This document shows positions 1 through 16,138 of a DNA stretch of 64,000 nt, in pieces. Every line of letters starts with the position of its first letter. The first letter of the stretch is position 1. The notes under the pieces are model-generated. The model had not been told where the DNA came from. It saw only the letters and a program-made list of their open reading frames with translations, and did no database searches. A program made the position numbers and the translations under genes. The DNA is from Eledone cirrhosa (Eukaryota), in NCBI GenBank assembly GCA_964016885.1, contig OZ024740.1, positions 129,394,001-129,458,000 on the forward strand, in the 5' to 3' direction.

Positions 1-49
1 AAACATGCTGACTATTATACTGTCTGCTGTCCATTAAATATATATTTAT

Positions 50-262
<213 letters not shown>

Positions 263-742
263 ACTATTAATGCGATTGTGAAATCAGATCAAAATGACCA
301 TATATTCTTGTGATGATTTATAGTGCGTACGTATAGTGCTTTATCAGTTTGATTAAGATACACTTCAATAATTCCTAATTACATTACAGGATAATCATGC
401 TTGATTTATTACAGTAGATTTATAACAAGATATCTTGTTTTTACCTGTCTTGAATATGCTCGTTTAATCTGCGTTTTTATCATATGGTTTCAATACAAAG
501 TATGTAATGAAATTTAGAACAAAGTCGATTTAAGAATTTACCAAGCACTTTTATGCTGTAATGTTTGCTGAATGATATATAACATTGTTCTTAATAGGAA
601 TCAACTCAGTTTCAGAAGATGTTTCAAAGGAAAAACATTAAGTTCTAATTGAATACCATTTTAATTTCACTTTCCTCACAACATGCTAAATGTGAAATCC
701 AAGTTGTTGGCCAAGACCCGTATAATTCTAGAAATGATACAA

Positions 743-774
<32 letters not shown>

Positions 775-1104
775 ATGTGTCTGTGTTTGTGTGTGTATAT
801 GTGTATGTGTGTGTGTGTATATATGTATATTGTATAAGGAGAATATCAGGAAAAAACACTGAACGTTTGATTAGTTGATACATGTATTTATAGTCTTCAA
901 TATGTGTTTCACCACAGCTATTTGACCGCATACACTATCTAAATTATTACGTATTCCAACATGACGCACTGTACTGTCAAATATAGCATTTCATAAGCGA
1001 TCAATTGTTCCTCATATTTTAACTATAATAAAGAAATGAGTGCGGGACTGCATCCAGAATATATTTTTTAACCCGTTTGTAAAATAAGTTGGATTACTTT
1101 GAAT

Positions 1105-1296
1105 AAATTACTGTTTCTAATTTTGGGGCACAAGGCCATCAAAAACCCAGTACATTACTGGTACTTTATTTTATAGACCCCGTAAGGATGAAAGGCAAAG
1201 TTAACCTCGGCGGAATTTGAACTCAGACCCTAAAGGGACGTAACTATGCTGGAAAGCATGGCGTCCAATCCTCTACCGGTACTGCCAATCCACCGC
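1105..1296 (-). mobile_element. tRNA-derived SINE, family A
   Basis: The minus strand has A-box-like GGATTGGCAGTACCGG and B-box GAGTTCAAATTCC, then the body GCCTTTCATCCTTACGGGGTC..TAAAATAAAGTACCAGT. Five more copies occur in the window. Confidence 0.85.
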
Positions 1297-1810
1297 ACTT
1301 TTTTCAATAAATAATGAATGAATATTACATAATTTATCTACTAAATGTTGTGGCTGTTGATTAAATATATTGTATAGATTATTTAAAGATTCACTTCTTT
1401 AAAATTGTCAAATGTCAACACTTCCGGTTACGGGCCGTTATATTATAAGACTTATAATCGCATATATTTCCGTCGCTAATTTTCAACTAATGCAGTTTAT
1501 ATATAATATCGTCTTTTTTTAAATGTATCATGGATTACGTTACTGATTACAGGAGACAGTGTAACACAGTCCTCGTCTAATTTATGTGTGTATGGTCAAT
1601 ATACACACTACACATGCTAGCAGAAAACCACACGGCAGGTATTTTTTCTGCTAGTATATGTAATTGAGAATGTAATTTACTTTGCTACAGTTAGTAGAGT
1701 TGCCCTCTCCATATGATGCATTTGGGATGGTCGTATATGCCAAAGAAAAAAATAACACATTGTGAAAGTTGTCAAGCCATACATTTCCTAAACGCGACCC
1801 TATTTAATGA

Positions 1811-1885
<75 letters not shown>

Positions 1886-1915
1886 TAAATTTGAAGACTA
1901 AAATCCAAAGAGGGT

Positions 1916-2050
<135 letters not shown>

Positions 2051-2275
2051 TTCGTTTCTGAATTTGTTTAGCAAGATTCTTTATCTGAAAACGTGTGTTG
2101 AGACCGATATTGTTATGCTTTGGGAGGGTCATGATGCCATAAGAAACACACGCACCCAACGCTTTCAATCCAATTTTTTATAAATTCGTAAATTTATAAA
2201 AAAAAAGGAGTGAAATCAACTGGTGCGTGTGTTTCTTATTGGCAACATGACCCCCCCCCCCTCAAGCATAACAAT
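2051..2275. mobile_element. Short fold-back remnant built from the terminal repeat of the PLE family at 47912-49750
   Basis: 2108-2157 and 2222-2275 are inverted repeats. 2051-2135 aligns by eye to the reverse complement of 49670-49750. (TA)n on both sides. Confidence 0.7.
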
Positions 2276-3017
2276 ATATATATATATACATATATATATT
2301 CTCATACTCTCTGACATTCTAATCTCAATTTTGCTTGTTTTTCCTATCGTAAAACTTTCTGTAATCTTCGACCGTAACAAAACATAAAATTTGACCATAC
2401 TACGGATTAAAGATAATATTACTAAATTGATGTGCGCTAAGATACAACGCTACAATAATTAAAAATATTAATAGAAGGAACGATGGATATGTTAATATGC
2501 TCAGTGGTATATTATATCCCCTGCCATATTACGTGTCCCACAAATACATAGAAAAAAGGATAATTAGATATAATGTAGTATTAGATAAAGTATACTTGCA
2601 TATTTAGGTTTTTGGAAGCTACGTGATGAATTCAAACAAAATTACAATTTCATTTCGTCGGAAATAAAATTCCAAATTTCATCAATAGAAAGAAAATGAA
2701 ATATTCGCGGCATTCACAACTTTAGTGTGCATCTAGGGTTCGCTGATATCTGAACGTCAATAAAGATTACCAGAGATTTATACACATCAATTTCTCATTG
2801 TATTTGAAATATGGTATTAAGTAATTAAAATAATGTAAGTGTTTATGTATAGAAACCTAATTCAAATTGGGGAATTGTGTCAGAATATATTCGTACATCA
2901 AAGCACATGTGTCTATAGAGATATTCATATACAAACATACATACACACTCATGTACACACACAGACCGAATGCCATACTCAAAAACACACAAACACACAT
3001 ATCTCTTTCTCTCTCTC

Positions 3018-3062
<45 letters not shown>

Positions 3063-3150
3063 ATCTCTCTCTCTCTCACTCTCTCTCTTTCTCTCTAATC
3101 TCTCTCTCTCTCTATATATATATATATACATATACACACATACATATATA

Positions 3151-3227
<77 letters not shown>

Positions 3228-3348
3228 GCGCGCGCGTGTGTGTGTGTAAGTAATCATAATTTCGCTTATGTAAATTGTCTATGGAGAAACGACAGTGTAA
3301 CATGTTAATCTCCTCAATGTTATTTAGAACTCACTTCGTGACCATCAA

Positions 3349-3399
<51 letters not shown>

Positions 3400-3402
<3 letters not shown>

Positions 3403-4142
3403 CAGACTGTATGATGCGTGTATAAGAACAGCAATGTTACATGGTAGTGAGACCTGGGCGCTGAAGGAGGAAGTCTTACGTAGATTAGAAAGAAATGAAG
3501 CCTGCATGCTCCGATGGATATACGTGATGTAATATACGCGAACGGCAAAGCATAAATTAATTGAGAGAGAGACTGAGAATAAGAAGAATCAAATGCTGCG
3601 TGCGGGAGAGGCGGTTGCGTTGGTATGGACATGTCATGCGTATGACGGATGACAGCTGCATAAAATGGTGCAGAGCACTAGAAGTCAATGGAAAACGCGG
3701 AGTGGTGAGACCTGGGATGAGGTCATAAAAGCCGACCTTACCCATTTACACCTCTCAAATGCGATGACACACGACCGTGACCTCTAGCGTCACGCAGTAA
3801 TACAGAGTACCCGACATCCCATGAGTACAAGCCGAAGCTGAAGCATATAGACAATATGCCCGCACACCCTCAAACTGCAAAGTGGTCGCGGAGGTGCCAC
3901 GGCAAAAAGCACCCAGCCCACACTGTAAAGTGAACGTGTAGGCGCCACGGAAAATAGCACCCAGCACTCAGTGTAAACGAGGTTGTTGTTAGGAAGGGCA
4001 TCCAGCTGTAAAAATCAAGCCAAAATCAGATCCTGTATTTGCAAGGCATGGTCAGCCGACCAGACACTGCCCACGACATGACAACCCGTCTAACCCATGC
4101 TAGCATGGAAGAACAGACGTAAAACGGTGATGATGAAGATGA

Positions 4143-4145
<3 letters not shown>
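3400..4145 (+). mobile_element. RTE-clade LINE, degenerate 3' fragment
   Basis: Frameshifted translation gives GSETWALKEEVLRRLERNEACMLRWI and RLRWYGHVMRM, typical of the RTE RT C-terminus. Ends in a (GAT)n-like tail and lies between (TA)n tracts. Confidence 0.8.
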
Positions 4146-4193
<48 letters not shown>

Positions 4194-5121
4194 TACATAG
4201 ATACGTAGATATTATAAACAATTCTGTAAGCAGTATATTCACTACCATCTCTCTCTCGTCTACGTAACGATTGATCGATCGATCGGTTCAGTAATTTTCT
4301 ACTAACTCCCGCCTATAGGTAGTAGAAAGATAAACTCTACCGTAAAGCGGTATCAACAATAAGAATGCTGGAAATGAATAGATTAATCAATAATATCCTG
4401 TTTGAGCAAACGAACGCAGTTTTTACCGTTTCCAATTTCCCTTAGATTTGGACGAAAACAATATACCTTTCTTAACAATATAAGTTTTACCACTATGTTC
4501 TCGTGTCGTTAAATATTTAGAAGTCATCATTTTCAATTCTCCTCTTTTCTACCTACATTTGTGTTCTTCATAGTCATGCATGCAGAAACATATAAACATG
4601 AACACTTCTAAATAGAAACACACATTAACTAACTAACACGAATAAATGTGTAATGAAATATACAGGAAGAGAAAAGAAACAAATCAGAAAATTATGTACG
4701 TGTCTGAATATAATAATTCTCTTCCTATATATAAAGCATGAAGTTGAGGCTGTATGTGTATATGACTGACAGCTTATGTAGACCTCTCATATGATTAACA
4801 CATGTTCTCCTTAATACTCTAAACACATTAGTTATTAAATTAGTTATAGAGAGCATTAGATGCTAATTATACTAGTTTTGTCTTCATCCTTTAATCATTT
4901 TCTATGTTGTGTTTTCAACACGTATCCCTTACTAAACCTTAAAATAGACACGACACGACGCAAATACCATTAGTATATATGAATACAGGTACGCAGACAT
5001 GTACCACAGAGATAGATATTTATATATCAGTATAAGTACTCAATGCCTCTATCATTATATTTCATCATGGCCAGCATCCCTTGAGTGTTCGCTAAATAAC
5101 ACCCATATATATATATATATG

Positions 5122-5698
5122 GAAACAATGAAACGAAATTTAATTTCTCACTCTTAGTACGGCTGTTACTTAAATATAAGTATGCATACGTACATACATA
5201 TATGTATACAGACGTACAGTAGTATGTATATATATACATACATGCACATATATATATGTACGTATGGATTCACCGAACATTTATTATAATGCTCGGTTTG
5301 TTTATAAACAATTTCGTTTCATTTTTTCCATTTATCGTTTTCGGTGCGCCCGGCCGATTAACTCACTCGATATGCAAATTAGACTACTCAGCCGTTAATA
5401 TACATAAGGAAAGTATATACTTTCAGACGTTTAATAATCTGGCAGAAAGGTATACGGTGCTGACGATATCTAATAAACTTAAAACTAGTACATCTTTCCT
5501 TTGTCAGTATTGAACAAAAGAGCAACGATGGATGGTAAACACTGTACAGCTTAATTCGGGATGTTTGTTTACAAACAAACCGAGCATTATAATAAATGTT
5601 CGGTGAATCCATACGTACATATATATATATATATATGTGTGCATGTATGTATATATATACATACTACTGTACCTCTGTATACATATATGTATGTACGT

Positions 5699-5704
<6 letters not shown>
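5122..5704. mobile_element. Older copy of the ~520-bp HHR-unit family, with an inverted partial copy
   Basis: 5310-5704 is similar to 45586-46060. About 5185-5308 is the reverse complement of 5567-5704. The HHR at 5455-5495 reads CTGACGA...AAAACTAGTA, with GAAA mutated. Confidence 0.8.
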
Positions 5705-5761
<57 letters not shown>

Positions 5762-5764
<3 letters not shown>

Positions 5765-5897
5765 CGGAAGAAATGTGGTAAGGAAGCAGGTAGACCATAC
5801 GCACCAAAGTACTCAATACTTAGGGTAGTAGAGTGGGTAATATGAACGAGTAGGGCCCCGACGGCTGAGCTCAAGCCGTCGGGGTCCTACTTGTTCC

Positions 5898-5898
<1 letters not shown>
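5762..5898 (+). mobile_element. ~137-bp element ending in a GC-rich hairpin
   Basis: GAACGAGTAGGGCCCCGACGGCT-GAGCTCA-AGCCGTCGGGGTCCTACTTGTTC hairpin. Copies at 47266-47401 (opposite strand) and 42162-42286 (degenerate). Confidence 0.8.
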
Positions 5899-5981
<83 letters not shown>

Positions 5982-6478
5982 CCATCCTTTATTCTGGCGT
6001 GATTTTATATGCTTAACTTATCAATTCATGTGAGCCGGTTTTCAACGGAAGACCTAATTGATACCTGATATCATGTAGTATTAAATGCGACATATGCACT
6101 GGTGAGCAGTAATAGTTTTCACTGGTAATTATGTTGTTTATTTTGATTACGATAATTAATACATTTTTTTATGCCTATAGCTACAATTAGTAATGTGTGT
6201 GATCATTTTATATTTCGATTACTTTCTGCCTTGTCATAAGTATAAAAAAATATAATACTTATTTTTACATATTATCTTAATATAATGCTCTTGTAACCTA
6301 TATATATATCGTCTCTTCTGCTGGACACCACCAGAGGGCGAAAGCCTCGGTGTTTTTGCAGAGCAACGGTTTTCTAAATATTCATCTATAAACATACTGT
6401 GTTTCTTTAGAAATACGAAATTATAATACATATCTGTATACAGCTTTGCCTGAAGCTAAATCCTAATTATATTCTCTC

Positions 6479-6581
<103 letters not shown>

Positions 6582-6716
6582 CTCTCTCCTCTCTCTCTCT
6601 GTCTATATATATAAATGAAGTAATTCCGTCGGAAAGGTCCAGGAAAAAAGAGTGCTCTATGTAGATAACAGAGCTTAATAGAAAATCCAAATTCAATAAA
6701 CAGACCAGGATTTTTA

Positions 6717-6770
6717 CATTCTGATGATTGAAAGCAAAATTCTTTGCTTTTAAGAAACCACTAGTAAATG
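6717..6770 (+). ncRNA. Minimal type I hammerhead ribozyme
   Basis: CATT-CTGATGA-TTGAAAGCAAA/TTTGCTTTTAA (stem II)-GAAA-CCACTAG-TA-AATG. Stem I is CATT/AATG and the cleavage triplet is GUA. Confidence 0.75.
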
Positions 6771-6889
6771 GAATAATTACGTTATGTTGTTTATTACATA
6801 ACTATATATATATATATATATAAATGGAATAGAATGAAACGAAATTTCATTTCTTACTCTTAGTACGGCAGTTACTTAAATGTACATAG

Positions 6890-7037
<148 letters not shown>

Positions 7038-8374
7038 TGTGAGTGTGTTTTTCTGTGTGTGTATCTATCCACGAGTGTCTAAGCCTATAGTTATTGTTGT
7101 GCGCGCCCAATTTTGGCTTTCTTGAAATTACTGCACGATATTACATATTTATCAATATTTGTCTTCACACAAACAGGGATGATTCTATGAATAGTCATTT
7201 CCTACATAAACAGGTGTTAACATGTGCAGTAATAGTAAATGTTTTATTTTTTATAGATGATTCCAAATTTAAATAATGTTTGACTATATTATAATATGAT
7301 TGACATATGACTCCCCATCTATTTATACACAAAATGTATAATATTAAAAACAGACAAAGAGATGAAATATAAAAAGACTACACTTCAATATCCGACCTCA
7401 CTGCTTTACGCTCAAACACGTTCATTTTATACTATTTTCATGCTATGAGGAATAAACTAAATACCAGTAATATATTAGAAAGAGAAGGTAACCAATTCCA
7501 CACTAGTCTAATGTAAGCGAACAGTATGTTTGTGCCAAGTGAATATAAATCAATATGGCATTGTAAAGTTACAAAGTAGAAAAGAAAGGAAAGACATTCC
7601 AATTATTCCAGTACTGCACAAATAAATTATACATACAAACATATTGGCAGATATATGCCTATTTACAAAATGTCTCTATGATCAATCCGAAGCTAAAATA
7701 AACGTTGGAAAACATAGAGATTGTATTGTATTGTATTATAATATAATATAATATATTATATTATATTATATTATATTATATTATATTATATTATATTATT
7801 TATGTTATATTATATCATACCATACTATTCTCTTTCCTTTTATAGTGTAGACATCATGTCCATTCTATCGTAACTATGAACCACAGGTAGCCACAATCAG
7901 AAGGCAAAATTATGGTTTAATAAAATCAATTACCGTTTTATGTTTGGAAAAGCTGTTTTCGATATATTATAGCCATATAAGAATAGGTGGATTTGGCTGA
8001 AAGCTGGTTAAATAAGTGTCTCCCAATACAACAACTATACCTACTACCCACCAACAGCCACGCTTAGATCATAACTAAACATGCTATTAAATCTGTCGGA
8101 CTGAGTTTGCCACTCCACCACACTTCATACTCTATACAAATTACATTCTCAGGTGTAGAGCAAAAGTTAGTTTCATGTTACCTCCACATCCATTATTATT
8201 TACCTACACCATTTCCATACGTCTTGTCTTATATCTCTTTCTGACTCAAAACAAATAATTTTATTCGTAAAAAGAAGTTGTTTCCCATGACATTTGATAG
8301 TAAGTCCAACACCCTTACGACTAGGCCACGTGCCTCCACACGCACACATGTATACACACTCACACACGCACACG

Positions 8375-8416
<42 letters not shown>

Positions 8417-8420
<4 letters not shown>

Positions 8421-8562
8421 AAAAGCATTAGAAATGTGCAACCGGTAAAACTTAAAACCAAATCTGAATAAAAACCAATACTATTACTAATTTTTACTTA
8501 TTCCTAATTACACTATTTTTCACTGGGAACAATTTGTCACCATTTTCTTTTCCTTTCACCTA
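8417..8562 (+). mobile_element. Single-arm relative of the 61606-62007 palindrome family
   Basis: TTTGAAAAGCATTAGAAATGTGCAACCGGTAAAACTTAAAACC...GAACAATTTGTCA matches 61847-62002. Flanked by TA runs. Confidence 0.7.
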
Positions 8563-10131
8563 TATATATAGAAGCTCAATGAATTTAGAAAAGATTTATT
8601 GACCATCTATTTGATGCTCATCAAGTGTTGCATTTAAATCTTATGATGAGTATATAACTAATTCACATTCCAGTATATATGTAATTTCAAAGTATTTGAG
8701 CGGAAAATCTTGACAGGCTTTCTCATTTATATACATAAACGTGTATATACATATACGTTTCAAAGACACGTTCGTGTAAGATTCGATGGCCATATAAGAA
8801 CATGTAAATACCTCTATATATACTGTCCTTTCTCGAAAGTGCATAACGTATATAACTAAGGAAATAAAACATCCTCGCACATGTGACATTATATTCCATG
8901 AGAACATAAGTTACGGCAAACGTAATAAGACATATCTCATTGCTATTCATTGAGATTTTCGAATATTTATTGGGCATTAAAGAGTGTACTAGTTCTAAAT
9001 AATATAGTACTCTTCGGAATTCCAGGTCCTGGATTACCAGAATCATAACTGCTTAATGACCGCTGTCAGAGATCAGTCTACAGGTTGTATATATTTATAG
9101 CAAACAGTTGTGGACCAATACTAGAGAAATGTGGCAGGTTTTAACTCTATAAGCGAATAACTGTGGACAACAGCACAAGAAATTCGCAACTGAAATATTA
9201 CCAATAGCATCGCAACTAAAATGCAATACATTTCATCTTCACAGATATTTTTTAGCCAGTTGGAATTCAGTGAGTTAGGAAGGAACAGCTGACGAGTGGC
9301 CAAAGATTTGCTAGTTAATGTAGATAACCTTTAATATAACATATATAGCAAACTTTCCATGAAAACTAGCAATGATAAAGGGATGATTTATCGAAGCATA
9401 ACATGACATGTTATATTAGAAATAACCGGCAGTGAACAGAATAAAAGGAAAAATACAGGAACAATGGAATTACTAACTTATTGAATGATACTTTAATATT
9501 CGAATAATACAAACTTTCCGATTTAGTAGGGAAACTATGATAGGACAACAGATGTTGTAAATTTCAAGATTGGAAACGCATTCATACGTGTACATATTAT
9601 AGATTTTTTAAACTATATATTATTGTGCTTACTATGCTACGGGTCGGTTGCTGACTGCGAAGCCATAACATATTTATACGATTTGAAATGTTTATGTGTA
9701 GTCTTCTGCAGCTATTGGCGAGATCGCAGTCCTCAGTTTTACTGATGCTTATACGAATGTGTGTCAATTTTCCACATACTAGAAATTCTAAATCATCCGT
9801 ATTTTCATAGAGAAAAGTTCTCATTAAAACATCTAAAATCTTTAACAATATTATATATATATATACATATATATATATATGTGTGTGTATATATAAATAT
9901 AAATACTTATATGATTAGTCCAGGCGTATTTTCCTCAACCTGTTAGTTCTTTCGTTACTTTGGTATATTGTGTGTTAGATTTTGCCTACCACAATGTTCA
10001 ATTTGTCAAACTATTTAAACGTATGTTATTATTCTGAGGACCTACCTTGTCGAGTGCTTGCTAACTCATTCTTATAGTAGGCCGAATTTGTTTGCACACC
10101 GCCAGAGATTCGATGTTACTAAGTATCCAAT

Positions 10132-10273
<142 letters not shown>

Positions 10274-10360
10274 ATCTGTATTGATTCGACCCGACCCTTG
10301 TAGGCTCAGCAGACATATGTTGGCAACTACAGAATTATATATACATATATATATATATAC

Positions 10361-11380
<1,020 letters not shown>

Positions 11381-11439
11381 TTTATATATATATATATATA
11401 TGATATTGTTGATGTCGTCAGATGTTTTAATGATATATA

Positions 11440-11770
11440 TGTCAATAATATTAATACATGGAATATATATATATGAAACCATATTTTTTATATTATACGT
11501 ATTTCAAGTGTACTAATATTAAGTACGCTTTCGTTAGATAAAATATGTAATATTTGGTGTTAAGATAGTGACATATCTTCATGTGAACTTAATGTTTATA
11601 GTTTCAGTGAACTGAATGTTATAAGTTCAGTGGAATTATTTAATGAAGTTCACATGAAGAAGTGTTACTATCTTAGCACCAATTATTATATATTAGTTCT
11701 CTTGAAATACGTATAATAAAATAAATATGGTTCTGTAAAGATATTTTCCATTTATTAATATTATTGATAT
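11440..11770. repeat. Degenerate fold-back element with an HHR remnant
   Basis: Arms pair by eye (AACCATATTT..TATTATACGTATTTCAAG with CTTGAAATACGTATAATAAAATAAATATGGTT). The right arm has ATGAAGA...GAAA-TACGTA-TA-ATAAAATA. Confidence 0.65.
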
Positions 11771-11869
11771 TAATGATACTCCGAACAAATTTTGTGGAGT
11801 GATTCTAATCTGTTGTAAAATTAACTTTGTTGAATAATCAACAAACCAAATTACTTATTGTTTATATAT

Positions 11870-11922
<53 letters not shown>

Positions 11923-12187
11923 TGTCATTGCAAACAGAAGTCTGGTGAGCCTACAAGGGTCGGGTCGAATCAATACAGATCAAACCGTGACACGATCATT
12001 TTTTTACTGTACATCGAATAAGTGAATAAATTAAATGACAATGTTGCACCTCGTCCATGCTAATAAACAATAGTACATTTTCATTAGTACAACCCTAAAA
12101 TATATATTATTATCTGCGCATCGAGTGTTAACTCTGTTGAACTAACATGAACTTCACGCAACAATTCTAAATTATATATATATATAT

Positions 12188-12385
12188 TTGTCGATCGACA
12201 TTCGTAAGATCGGACGGAGGAAACAATGTTTCCGTTGGTCCTTCCAATTTCTAATACTATCTATCAGTCGCAACTCCAGGTAGAAGGAGAAACGCTCAAG
12301 GATATAACACATCACCCAGTCCAGGAATTTAACTGACAACCTCACGATTGCGAATCCAGATATCTAACCAATCAGTCACATGCAG
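12188..12385 (-). mobile_element. tRNA-derived SINE, family B
   Basis: Reverse complement resembles 17418-17553 (CCTTGAGC, AACATTGTTTCCTC, GTCGATCGACAA) and has a degenerate tRNA-like head. Confidence 0.6.
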
Positions 12386-12590
12386 CGATTCTTTGCTTAA
12401 ACTCTAATCTGTTATTTTAATATGAATATAAATTTTTTAAAAAGTTCGCTCTACATCGCTGAATACAATAAATGTACTGTAACTTTTTCAAGAGCAAGAA
12501 TGTGGGGCTCAGTCTATTGACATGTCTTTAAAAATGAGGCCTGTTTGCATAATTGCAAACGATTCGAATATTATTATTGCACATTACATT

Positions 12591-12676
<86 letters not shown>

Positions 12677-12687
12677 CATATATATAT

Positions 12688-12995
12688 ACAAAGTGTAAAA
12701 ACTATAAAATTTTAGTTTAGAACATTTATTAGCTGACAATTGTTTCCTCCAGAGGGAAGTCTGGTATCATCGGAGCATAATGAGTGTCAAAAACGTGTAA
12801 CTAGGATCCTAGTCATTTAGAACATTTAAGGTACATAGTTGTTATTAGTGCCAAATGCATCATGTGGAGGTTCAGGAGTTAATAAGATGTTCTGCTTGAA
12901 ATAACACAATTAGTGGCAGCACTGCTTGGAAGTGTAATAGGTATAAGTAAAAGCAAAAAGCACAATATATATATATTTGTATATGTATATATATG

Positions 12996-13035
<40 letters not shown>

Positions 13036-13056
13036 GTGTGTATATATATGTGTGTT

Positions 13057-13096
<40 letters not shown>

Positions 13097-14286
13097 TATG
13101 GGTGTGTGTGTGTGTGTGTATAAGTGTGTGTGCAGATATATGTGTGTGTGTGTGTATATGTCTCACATATGTATATGCCTTATATTATGCATGCATATAC
13201 TGCCTATGTAAAAACTATCTAGTTATAATAAACTAATTTTAAAAAAATATTTTTAAAACGCACACACAACTTTAAAAGATAGCAATTATATAACCAAGAA
13301 TATTTTATATTTTATATTTTATACACTCTATATAGATTAATTTATAACACTACCACAATATTATAACCACCCTTAATTTATCAACGACATCAATTACCTC
13401 CATTTGTTATTAACCCCCTTTAGAACATCCTGTGTAAACTTATAAAAGTAAGTAACTTAACGGTTTACCAACAGCTTAATAACGATTAATACAAACCTTA
13501 GAAAAGATAATTTACAGATAAAAAATGCATAAGATACCTACAATAGTATACCTACAATAACAACAATAATATACCTACAATAACAACATGGCCAGTAATT
13601 CGGAGGAATTTACATTTAACAAACAAACACATATTGACTATAAACGACTTAAAATAATCCCATGGTTAATAGCTGTGAGTAACAAACAACACATGCACAT
13701 AAATACGAAATACAGCACAAACATACTTAAATGAAAATCACATACCCAACTCTATCACGTGCTTTACATTACACCTTACATGAAAAAAACGTACATTATC
13801 ACACACGCCTCTCTAACAAATTGCACACTATCTTAAATGTTTATAACAAATATAACATGGTTTAACACCCCACGCAAAATATGTTTATTTCAACTACATT
13901 ATAACTATTTCCACATAGATGCACTATTGACTGTATTGACTCCTGCATTGTACACATTATCCCTGCTTATAACTTCTTTCCTGTCTTTTTTGCTTGTCAT
14001 TATTTTGCTTGTGCTTTTTGCTTTTACTTATACCTATTACACTTCCAACCAGTGCTGCCTGTAATTGTGTTATATCAAGCGCAACATCTTATTAACTCCT
14101 GAATCTCCACATGATCCCTTTGACGCTAATAACAACTATGTACCCGAAATGTTCTAAATGACAAGGATTCTAGTTACACGTTTTCGACAATCCTTATGCT
14201 CCGATGATTCCAGACTTCCCTCTGGAAGAAACATTGTCAACTAATAAATGTTCTAAACTAAAATTTGATCGTTTTAACACTTTGTA
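12688..14286. mobile_element. PLE remnant with ~280-bp inverted pseudo-LTRs, each carrying an HHR variant
   Basis: 12688-12965 is the reverse complement of 14008-14286. HHR-like motifs at 12726-12780 (-) and 14194-14246 (+): GCT-CCGATGA-(T/A)CCAGA/TCTGG-GAAA-CA(A)TTG-TC. Confidence 0.75.
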
Positions 14287-16049
14287 TCTCGGCTCTGTAA
14301 AACACTTAAACATTTGTATTGAGCCTTTTGTCATACCAGTAACCAGATAATGAGGTTTTTTTTAATAAAAAAAAAAACGATATATACTACACGGGTGAAA
14401 GTACAAGGAAAAGTAGTCGAAAATACAACTGGATTCCTTTTAGAATATGTATTTGTTTCCTTTACCGGTTTTACATTTCTTATGCTTTTCAAAAGTAAAT
14501 CAAATACCGATCAAGAATAAAACTAAAATATATAGTGGAGCAATCTATACTCTATGAAAACTATACATCATTTTTTATAATGATCAATTGCAAACATTGT
14601 GAACAAACTACAGTTTATATCAGAAGATCCAATAAATTAATCGGAATGTATTTTTCTTCCGTTCAAGAAATTATAGGTCACTTTCAACACAATGTATTTG
14701 AGTCCAAAATACATGCTTCTAAACATGATCAGCCATTTATCCCGATGCTATAAACATGTTCGCCATTCCTTTTATTTTAGGTCGCCTAAGCACAACATAT
14801 CAATTTGACTGTACTTTTCGAAGTCTAGTTTTATGCATTTAGTAGACGTTTGTTAATTTCACCTTTTTACGCAGGTCTACAGAGAATCTATTCCATTCGG
14901 GACATTTTTAGTTTTTACCATACATCATTTTGATATACGTTTTTATCAAATTCATGAAGAAAAATATCGAACGATACATCGCACCCTACCTTTATTGTAG
15001 AAGAAAAACGAATAAACACTCACATATTAATAAAAAAAAAAACAATATAGCTTCAAGTGAAATATAACAGTAATTACATATTAAAATAACGTAGACAAAT
15101 ATTTCGAATTTTCTGTCGCAAAATCTATATCCCATTATTTACGACGAATCAATATGTTTAATAATATAAATCGTGCATCATGAGATTTAAACATTCATCA
15201 TATATAACGAACTTAAAACGTAGAATGTGAAGATTTGTTAAGTGCTAACATAACTGAACACAAAATGTACACAATTAACGATGCCCTATATCAGTATTTA
15301 CTTAGCCTATATTATGAATGGAAATTAGCCTTATGTTGTATAAGTTAGAACACGTTTTATTGCACTTAGGAATAATCTATTAGTTGCATTTCTACTGCTC
15401 ATATACATATTCTAGAACATATTATAACAGTAAAATAAAATGACAACGCAACAACAATACACACATACGGTGTAGACTTGTACATTTGCAAAAATACGTA
15501 AACATGCTTAAAAGAAATCAAATATATTGCACGTATTTACTCAAGATTTATTAATACATTATTTTGCTATAAATGCTTAAAACGCTCTTGCAGTCGAGTA
15601 GAACATGAAATCAAGAAACCTACGAATAGTATGCCAGTAAATAAATAGGCAATTCATTACCGATACATGTTAATGGAATCATTTGTTTGTTTTTTCAGTT
15701 TTAAAAATAAAGCTCTCTTCAGTTTGGTAATCCTCTTTTGCTACGAACGTGCATGATGTTTTTTTACATAAATCCTTCATACAGCCAATTGAAATTAAAT
15801 ATCCTTGTAAATTATTTAACATTTAACACATCTATGTGTGATAATGCATTCATACACGACTGATTACGAAGTCAGATATTGTTCTGTTTCCTAATTTTCA
15901 TTTCATATTTGTATTCATATAAAACTTAGACCCAAATGCGGATGTATGATATTAAACACAAATATGTATTGGTCAAGTGTTACGATTTCCATAAAGTAAC
16001 CCACACACACACACTATCCACATATATGTGTATACACACACACACACAT

Positions 16050-16138
<89 letters not shown>

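Noticed and set aside
10030-10095. CTGAGGA-CCTAC...GTAGG-CCGAA hammerhead candidate
   Set aside because: GAAA is incomplete and stems I and III cannot be formed.
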